From NCBI RefSeq assembly GCF_006345805.1, contig NW_021832147.1, positions 1 to 31,949 on the forward strand: a DNA stretch of 31,949 nt, written 5' to 3'. This document shows positions 22,400 through 31,949 of this stretch, one piece after another (position 1 is the stretch's first letter; each line of letters opens with the position of its first letter). Position numbers and translations under genes: made by a program. The notes under the pieces are model-generated. The model was not told the origin of the DNA and ran no database searches. It saw nothing but the letters and a program-made list of their open reading frames with translations. The DNA comes from Octopus sinensis (lineage: Eukaryota).

Positions 22400-23108
22400 T
22401 ATGACGATGATGATGATGATAATGATGATGATGAATGATGATGATGACGACGACGACGATGATGATGATGATGATGATGATGACGACGACGACGACGACG
22501 ATGATGATGATGATGATGATGATGATGAGGATGATGATGATGATGATGAAGATGATGATAATGATGATGATGATGGTGATGATGATGATGATGATGATGA
22601 TACCAGTTGCGTACTGGGGTCGATCTAATCGACTGGCACCCTCCCCCCAAAATTTCGGGCCTTGTGCCTAGAGTACAAAAAGGATAATTATGATGTCGAC
22701 GAAGGCGGTGACCATAATGATGATCGGCATTCTTTCGATATAACTCGACAAAATCAAAACACTTCACTCCGGGTATTTCCGTGGAAGCAAATGACAGTTC
22801 GATCCTGTTTTCTGCTTGGAAATCTGCGGATTTTACCTACACACCTGAAACAGGTAAGAACAAATATGCAAGGTTTTTTTTTCTTCTTTAAGTTCAAAAT
22901 GAAGACATTGCTTGGCATAATTTCGTTAAATCTATTACTCCACGACCCACGGAAATACCCCAGGTGAAATGTTTTGATTTTTGTCGAGCTATATCGAAAG
23001 AATGCCTGATGAGCATTATGGTGATGACGACGACAGTGATGGCAACGAAAGATAGCGATGATGATAGTGATGATGATGATGATGATGATGTGATGATGGT
23101 GGTGGTGG

Positions 23109-23155
<47 letters not shown>

Positions 23156-23300
23156 GTGATGATGATAATGATGATGGTGATGATGTCGATGATGATAATG
23201 ATGATGATGGTAATGATGATGATGATAGTGATGATGGTGATGATGACGACGATGATGATGGTGATGGTGAGGTTGACTATGATGACGACGACGAGGACGA
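22400..23300 (+). repeat. Two (GAT)n blocks (22400-22598 and ~23030-23300) flanking the inverted-arm element
   Basis: Directly visible. Confidence 0.9.
22711..23022. mobile_element. 312-bp element with ~75-bp inverted arms (MITE-like)
   Basis: 22711-22784 is the reverse complement of 22947-23022 with few mismatches or indels. The spacer is 162 nt. No TSD was recognised. Confidence 0.7.
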
Positions 23301-23493
23301 CTACTATTCACATTGACACAAGGTCACAAATCTGTGGAGATGACCACCACCACCATAATCGATTTAATCGAACATGTGTGCATGATTGATTTAGCTACCT
23401 GTATTCATCGTCGGCAAAGGTTTTTTCACCCGCTAGAAATAATAGACAAGTCACCGTCAAACAAAAAACATCGCTACCGTCCGGATTACACAA

Positions 23494-23536
<43 letters not shown>

Positions 23537-23554
23537 TAATAATAATAATAATAA

Positions 23555-23585
<31 letters not shown>

Positions 23586-23595
23586 AAGAAGAAGA
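23494..23595 (+). repeat. (AAT)n followed by (AAG)n
   Basis: Directly visible. Confidence 0.95.
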
Positions 23596-23829
23596 ACGGA
23601 ATGATGGCGGCGGTGACGGAATGCTACGCTTTTAATCATATGTTATCTGATAGTTCGATCAGTTGACAGCCTAGGGCTAAATAACGACAGAGATCGATGA
23701 GAGATCGAAAGGGTGAGTCGATTTCTACCGCTCCTGAGGTGAACTGAAAGTAAGGAAGTACAAAACGGAATGTAACCGCGACGAACCGAGATATTTATAG
23801 TACGGCGCTCCATCTGTTTCTGACCACAC

Positions 23830-24290
<461 letters not shown>

Positions 24291-24674
24291 GCGGGGTGGC
24301 GTTATTTGAAGGCTAAAACAATGCGAAGCGCATTGTGACCAGCGATGTGTAGCAACATCTGATAGCCTGGACGGTCACGGTGATATATACATATATATAT
24401 ATATATACATAAATACATATATAAAGATGTATATATATATATATATATATATCCATTTATCTATTTATCTGTATGTATGTATGTATGTATGTATGTATGT
24501 GACGATTTCTTTAGCGCAATGCCAAAAACATCTGAAAGAATAAGAAGGCGAGGCTAGGGGCCAACTGTCGCTTTAAACTATCCCCAGAACACGACTGGTA
24601 TTTATATATTTTTTCGGTCTATAAAAGAGCGCACAAGCAAGATTTGAACCCAGAATGCAAAAGTACACAGCGAA

Positions 24675-24713
<39 letters not shown>

Positions 24714-24715
24714 GC

Positions 24716-24773
<58 letters not shown>

Positions 24774-25299
24774 TTCTTTCGTAATAACAAGAAAAACCAA
24801 CGGAGTCCATATGTGGTCGCTTGACCTGCTAGAAATAATAGTGAAATTCCTGTGACATCCACTACCTTATAATTTTAATTGTTTTAAAAAAAAAAAATAG
24901 ACGGATACATTACATAGTGTATGTTAACATAAATAGATTATGTCCAAAATTAATGGAGGGTGGGCAAGGCTGGAACGCTCCGACTATAGTTTAGCTTGTG
25001 GTCACAGCAGCTGGTCGTTTAAAGCACTTTATATGACAGGAATGAATTAAGTTTATATTCCACAACAATAAAAACGGCAACAACAAAAATAGGGGACGCT
25101 ATGTGGATGCTCGTTCTGCTAGATATAGCAGCCAAAGCTCCGTCATGAAACTAATTGTAATCCCAGGTAGACAATGCCCTTCTGCTATGACCAGACAGTC
25201 CTGGCTTTCACTGATTGCAAAGGCCTGCATAATTCACAGCTGACTTGAGGTTACACGGAAACAAGAGTGAGTATTTGTGTGTATGTGTGTGTGTAATAC

Positions 25300-25300
25300 A

Positions 25301-25371
<71 letters not shown>

Positions 25372-25881
25372 GATCTATCTATCTGTCAGTCTGTCTGTCT
25401 ATCAGTCAATCACTGTCTATCGATAGATAGACAGACAGATATATAGACAAACAGAAAGATAGATAGATAGACAGACAAATAGATAGATAGAAACATAGGT
25501 ATAGACAGACAGACAGATATATATATATATATATATATATATAGATAGATAGATAGATAGGTAGATAGATAGATAGATATATAGATAGATAGATAGAAAG
25601 ATAGATAGATAGATAGAAACATGGATATAGACAGACAGATAGACAAATAGATATAGATAGATGAAAGATATAAATATATATATATATTATATATATATAT
25701 ATATATATAGATAGATAGACAGACTGAAGACTGACAGGCAGACAGACACAGATAGATAGATAGATAGATAGATAGATATAGATAGATAGATATAATAGAT
25801 AGATAGATAGACAGACAGACGATAGAGATAGATGGATAGATAGATAGATAGATAGATAGACAGACAGACAAACAGACAGAC

Positions 25882-25938
<57 letters not shown>

Positions 25939-26428
25939 CGTCCAACTCATGCCAGCAGGCAACATGGACGTTAAATATGTTTGTATGTTTGTATGTATGC
26001 ATGTATGTATGTATGTATGTATGTATGTATGTATGTATGTATGTATGTATGTATGTGTATGTATGTATGTACAGGTGTGTGTGTGCATGTACATAAACGT
26101 GTTTGTAGTTGTATGCTTTGATGTAATGTCATTCTACATAAAAAACATTTTAACATGATCATATGCGTGTGTATAAGTATGATTAAGTATGTGTATATAT
26201 CTATATCTATACACATATACATACATATACATATATATATATATATATGATGGCATACCTGCATATGATGTCGTCTTGTAATTTTCCTCCAGTAGTCTCT
26301 TAAGTGCGCAAAATTCCAAGTTCTGTAGATTCGTCTTGCCGTCTGTACAAGACTCACGCATTCCAACACCGTTGAAAGACAGACAGACAGATAGATAGAG
26401 GTAGATAGATTAGATAGATAGATAGAGG

Positions 26429-26504
<76 letters not shown>

Positions 26505-26553
26505 GGTAGATAGATAGATAGATAGATAGAGGTAGATAGATAGATAGATAGAT
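25300..26553 (+). repeat. Mosaic of (CT)n, (GATA)n, (TATG)n and (GATA)n microsatellites
   Basis: Directly visible, with unique islands at 25940-25976 and ~26250-26375. Confidence 0.9.
25940..25976 (+). mobile_element. Short RTE-like 3' tail remnant
   Basis: GTCCAACTCATGCCAGCAGGCAACATGGACGTTAAAT, related to 3973-4012. Confidence 0.4.
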
Positions 26554-26829
26554 GTGTGAAGTGTTCGCGCGTGGATCGTGTGTTGTTGTAATATAAGAAG
26601 AAAAAAAATGGTTTGATTTACACAGAATCAAGGTGTAATCTGTGGAAATGACACACACGCGCGCTCACTCACACAAAAAAAAATAATGATAAACAAATAG
26701 AATATCAGTCCGGGTAGTTGGCGAAATTCTCGGGTATTGCGAACGAACCTCCTCTGTCGAGCTCTCTACGAGAGACTGAATGAAATAAGATTAGGTTTTT
26801 GAAAACGGAGGTGAAGTACGTACTTAGAA

Positions 26830-27092
26830 GAGCCATTCGCCTCTCTGCCTTCTCCTCTCCCCTCTCTCCATCTGTCTGTGTTTCCTAAGCTCCTCTTACT
26901 CCCTTTCTCTCTTTGTCTTTCTACCCTCCTCCCTGTGTCTTTCTATGTATGTATCTATACAGCGTTCTAAGCTCCTCTTACTCCGTTTCTCTCTCTGTTT
27001 TTCTACCCTCCCTCTCTCTCTCTTTCTATGTATATATCTATATATCGTTGTAGGCTCCTCTTACTCCGTTTCTCTCTCTGTCTTTCTACCCT

Positions 27093-27134
<42 letters not shown>

Positions 27135-28130
27135 ATGTCTATCTATATATATCGTTGTAAGCTCCAGTTACTCTGTCCCTCTCTGTCTTTCTAATCTCCC
27201 TCACCCTTTCTTTCTTTCTTTCTCTCTCCCGTTCGCTCTCGTTGTCAGCTCCTCTTGCTCCCTCCCTGTCTCTATCTTTCTAATCTCCCTTCCTCTCTCT
27301 CTGTCTCTTTCTTTTTCTCCCTTACTCTCACGTAATCTCATGTTTCTCCCTCCCTGTCCCCCGTCTCATTTCCCCTCCTCTTTCGCTCTTATTCTTTTTA
27401 TCTCTTCACTGATATCTCTTCCTTTTCCTCTCACAAATACCTTGTCCTTTCGTTATTGTCAAGGCAGCTTTTTACTCCACTCTCTCATATACATGTTCCT
27501 TTCACTCACACACTCACTCGCTCTCTCTTTCGCTAACTCATTACTTTTGCTCTCTCTCTCTCTCTCTCCTCTCTCTTTTCATTTAACACATTTATACTCT
27601 CTCTCCCTCTCTCTTTCAATAACTAACTACTTTACTCTCTTTTTCTCTTACAACTTACCAATCACCACTCTTTCTTTCTCCCTTTCATCTTCTCCCCCCC
27701 CTCTCTCTCTCTCTCTGTCTCTCCCTTAATCTTTCTGCCTACCTTTTCATTGCTATCATTTCTTCCTTTTCCTCATACTTTCTCTCTTTTGTTCTTTCTG
27801 TCTATCTGTCTATTTCTTTCTCCCTATTTTTCTATCTATCTATCTATCTATCTATCTATTTATCTATCTATCTACCTGTCTCTCTACCCCTCTCTCTCTC
27901 TCTCTCTCTCTCATTCCCAGACAATACTGCAAATGTTCTCTTTCACTTCTACCATTTTCTTCAGCACTAAACTTCTGTGGTTCCTTTTCTTACCTTTCAA
28001 CACTCGTTCCAGTCTTTCATTTCTCTTCATTTCTCATTCACGAGACCAATTTATCTTTCTCGTTTTCTTCTCTCCCTGTTCCTCCCTCTCTCACACACTC
28101 TATCTATTTATCTATCTATCAATGTATCTA

Positions 28131-28168
<38 letters not shown>

Positions 28169-28520
28169 ACTTTCTCTGCTCTCTCTTACTCATTTTTTTC
28201 TTCTTTCTTTCTCTCCCTGTCTCTCCACTTCCTTCTTTCTTTCTTTCATTTTCTCTCACTCTTTCTTTCCGTTCCTCTCTTTACTTCCACGTCTTTCTTT
28301 CATTAATCATTTCACTTCAGAAAAACTTTCGATCTCTACCTAACCCCCCACCTTTACCTCTCACACTTTCTCTTTATCTCTCACTCGTACATTCCTATAC
28401 TCTCTCTCTCTCTCTCTTACTCTTACTATATCTCTTTCCCTCTCTCCTTAACATTATCATCCTCTCCTCTCTCTCTCTTCATTACAGCCTGAGCTTCTCT
28501 CGCTTATCCCCTCTCTCTCT
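26830..28520 (+). repeat. ~1.7-kb pyrimidine-rich tract including an ~83-nt minisatellite (5 units, 26886-~27310)
   Basis: Units start T(A/C)(A/G)GCTCC at 26886, 26968, 27051, 27158 and 27245. Confidence 0.85.
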
Positions 28521-28561
28521 CTCTCTTACTCTATCGCTAACTTAATACTAGAAACAGAGGT

Positions 28562-28597
<36 letters not shown>

Positions 28598-28789
28598 AGG
28601 ATTGTAAGTTGAAGAATCTCCCCTTCTGATTGGTCAGGAGTTTTACGTCACATTCGTTCGTGACTCATAATTTATTAACGATCAGCTCGCAAACACTCAC
28701 ACGCACAGATACACGCGCTTCGCATATCGGCAACAATCTCCCTCTCTTTCTCTTGCCTTCTCTCTCTCACTCCTTCTCTCTCTCTCTCA

Positions 28790-29330
28790 CTTTCTCATTC
28801 ACACACACACACACACAACACACATACACACATGTATATATCTATATATCTATATACACAGAGGGCGAGAGATACACGTACGGTGTCGTGTATATGAATT
28901 CATACGTTTACATTCCAACACACACACACACACACATACTTACACACAGACACACACACCACACACACTCACACACACATACCTACATACACACACTCAC
29001 ACACACACACACAAACACACACACTCACACACACACACTCACACACATACACACGCACGCACACACAAACACACATACTTACACACAAACACAGACACAC
29101 ACACTCACACCACACCAACACACACACGCACGCAACACACACACACACACACACACACACTCTCTCCACACACACACACACACACACCACACATCACACA
29201 CACAGCACACACACTAACACACACACACACACAACACTCACACACACACACCACACACACCACACACACACACACAGACACAACCACACTCACACACAAC
29301 CACACACACACACACACACCACACACATCG
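28790..29330 (+). repeat. Degenerate (CA)n tract
   Basis: Directly visible. Confidence 0.95.
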
Positions 29331-29586
29331 TTAACCATCTCAGCAGTTAAAAGTATGTTTCGCATACCTACAATATACGATATTTCGTCTCCTACATTCT
29401 CCCTCTCTCTCTTTTTCTTTTTCTCTTTCATACACACCACTCATAAGCATGTATATACATGTCTAGACATAGCCACGCACGCACATGCACGCACACATAC
29501 GCATACACACGTACACACGCGCTCTCACACTCACACACGCGTACACACAAGCACGTGCGTGTGTATATATATATATATATATATAT

Positions 29587-30000
29587 ACTCTTTTACTCTT
29601 TTACTTGTTTCAGTCATTAGACTGCGGCCATGCTGGAGCACCGCCTTTAGTCGAGCAAATCGACCCCGGGACTTATTCTTTTGTAAGCCCAGTACTTATT
29701 CTATCGGTGTCTCTTTTGCCGAACCGCTAAGTGACGGAGACGTAAACACACCAGCATCGGTTGTCAAGCAATGCTAGGGGGACAAACACAGACACACAAA
29801 CATACATGCACACACACACACACATATATATATACATATATACGACAGGCTTCTTTCAGTTTCCGTCTACCAAATCCACTCATAAGGCTTTGGTCGGCCC
29901 GAGGCTATAGTAGAAGACACTTGCCCAAGATGCCACGCAGTGGGACTGAACCCGGAACCATGTGGTTGGTTAACAAGCTGCTTACCACACAGCCACTCCT
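29587..30000 (-). mobile_element. Full-length CORE-type SINE (family A), left member of an inverted pair
   Basis: Tail TACTCTTTTACTCTTTTACTTG at 29586, head ACACAGCCACTCCT ending at 30000. Confidence 0.92.
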
Positions 30001-30031
30001 GTAATTGATAGAAATGGTAAGACAACAATAT

Positions 30032-30438
30032 AGGAGTGGCTGTGTAGTATGTAGCTTGCTTACCAGCCACATGATTCTGGGTTCAGTCCCACTGCGTGGC
30101 ACCTTGGGCAAGTGTCTTCTACTATAGCGTAGGGCCGATCAAAGCCTTGTGAGTGAAACTGAAAGAAGCCCGTCGTATATATGTATATGTATATATATGT
30201 GTGTGTATGTGTGCTTGTGTGTCTGTGTGCTTGTGTGTCTGTGTTTCTCCCCCCCCCCCAACATCGCTTGTCATCCGATGCTGGTGTGTTTACGTCCCCG
30301 TAACCAGGGGCTCGGCAAAAAGAGACCGATAGAATAATTGCTAGGCTTACAAAGAATAAGTCCTGGGGTCGATTTGCTCGACTAAAAAGGCGGTACTCCA
30401 GCATGGCCGCAGTCAAATGACTGAAACAAGTAAAAGAA
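30032..30438 (+). mobile_element. Full-length CORE-type SINE (family A), right member of an inverted pair
   Basis: Head AGGAGTGGCTGTGTAGTATGTAGCTTGCTTACC at 30032, tail CTGAAACAAGTAAAAGAA at ~30438. Confidence 0.92.
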
Positions 30439-30855
30439 TATACATAAATATATGTATATATGAGATCGAGCAAAATTGCATGTGTCAAAGTGCCAAGCAC
30501 TCAATGCAATAAAGATAGAGTTAATTTATTCTCGCGGTCTCGAATCAAGTCACTTGTCAGACAAGTACATCTCTGTGATACATATATTCTCTTACAGATA
30601 TAGAAAGAAAGATCGTTGATATGTTGTAGGTATTAGTTTCAAGAATGCTCAAACAGGTCGACTATCAGGCTTCAGATATAGGTTGTTATCTTAGCACCTT
30701 GATAGCTCAACTATATATGAATGTACGTGCGAGCGCGTGTATGTATATCGTTTTTAACTATGGAACTCGAAGTAAATAAAGCTATAAATAATATAAATAA
30801 TATTCATGTAAATATTGATTTCATATTTTTGGCAGAAAGCCAATAATTTCGAGCG

Positions 30856-31033
30856 AGTGGATAAAATCGATTATATCAACCTCAGTGTTCAACTGCTACT
30901 TATTTTATTGACCCGAAAAGATTAAGGGTGATGTCGAGCCCGTCAGTATTTGATCTCAGAACCTAGAGTTGGAAGAAATGCCACTAAACATTTTCCCCAG
31001 CATGGTAACGATTCTGCCAGCCGTACGCCCGCC
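30856..31033 (-). mobile_element. Degenerate Meta-type SINE (family B-related)
   Basis: AAATCGATTATATCAACCTCAGTG...TTATTTTATTGACCCGAAAAG...AACGATTCTGCCAGC. Confidence 0.65.
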
Positions 31034-31092
31034 ACCTTTATAGCACGTAAATATTGAGTTTAAAAAAAACCCTTTTGGTCAGAAAAATCGAA

Positions 31093-31162
31093 GGTCGCCC
31101 GTGGCACTCGAACCCAGATCTTCTGTAAACATGGCAGACGCTTTACCACTGTACGGAGCTAT
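31093..31162 (-). pseudogene. tRNA-derived relic (SINE head or tRNA pseudogene)
   Basis: Reverse complement has A box-like CAGTGGTAAAGCG and B box GGTTCGAGT, but the T-arm and anticodon loop do not pair canonically. Confidence 0.4.
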
Positions 31163-31344
31163 CGTTCGAATTTATCCAATTTAGAAAATTTGTTCTTACT
31201 GGAGAGAATTCTACGTCATAAGAATTTCAAAGAAGTTTTAATCCAATATTTTCGTTTAATAGATTTATCTGCTTCAAGACGAACCCATAAAAACGAATAA
31301 TTCACAGTTCACGTCTCTCAAAGACTCTAAAATTTTATAACGTA

Positions 31345-31590
31345 AATTATGTGTGTATGTATGTACGTATGTATGTATGTATGTATGTATGTATGTATGT
31401 ATGTATGTGTATGTATGTATGTATGTATGTATGTATATTATATATATATATATATACACACATATATACATATGTTTGAATAGTTAGTGGAGTATTATGT
31501 ATATGTGTGTGTTTATGTATGTATGCATGCAAGAATGTATATGTATGCATATAAATACATACACACATACATACATACATACATAATACA

Positions 31591-31620
<30 letters not shown>
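31345..31620 (+). repeat. (TATG)n/(TA)n/(CATA)n microsatellites
   Basis: Directly visible. Confidence 0.95.
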
Positions 31621-31622
<2 letters not shown>

Positions 31623-31949
31623 ATCTTCCGTTTAAGGAAAGCCTTTCTACACTTGTCGCTAAATATTATTTAAGTTTTTATGAAAGCAATTCCCTCCTCA
31701 CCACAGCTACCGCTGCATTTTAAACAAAAGTTCAATAACCTATTATGTAACTAACGTTGACTTTGCAATATCTTTATTCAACATGAATCGTATGAAACTA
31801 AATAACTGATAAGCAAACTCATAACTGACTGACCGTTCCCTCAGCAGTAAATGTATTTTTAATATAATTATTTATTGTGTTGCGACAGAATTAACATGGG
31901 CGCAGTCCAATGAGTGAAACCAGTAAAAGAATCTCTCTCTCTCTCTCTG

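Noticed and set aside
22401-23389. Poly-Asp, poly-Met and poly-His ORFs resembling acidic or His-rich proteins
   Set aside because: All three frames are open only because of the (GAT)n microsatellites. There are no splice signals or non-repetitive coding context.

Overview
This is eukaryotic, repeat-saturated genomic DNA, most likely from an octopus; that is inferred from the SINE families and microsatellite load, not from a database search. The only protein-coding sequence I can support is the first coding exon of an atypical Rho GTPase of the RhoU/RhoV (Wrch-1/Chp) family on the minus strand (17188->16603). It encodes MPPQ..., a 157-aa Gly/Ser/Gln-rich extension, then [38 protein letters not shown], followed by a phase-1 GTAAGA donor. 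I found no second exon, so positions 1-16602 are probably one large intron and 17.2-31.9 kb is upstream sequence. The rest is tRNA-derived SINEs (CORE-type and Meta-type), MITE/foldback DNA elements with TIRs, RTE-like tails and very large micro/minisatellites. The strongest signal beyond these is a family of ~200-bp dispersed elements that each carry a minimal type I hammerhead-ribozyme fold (stem I-CUGANGA-stem II-GAAA-CGU-H-stem I) with compensatory stem changes between copies. One copy has a canonical core and lies in sense orientation in the presumed RhoU intron. A second, unrelated hammerhead-like fold with a GUC site lies 1.35 kb upstream of the start codon. All other ORFs in the supplied track look like microsatellite or SINE artefacts.
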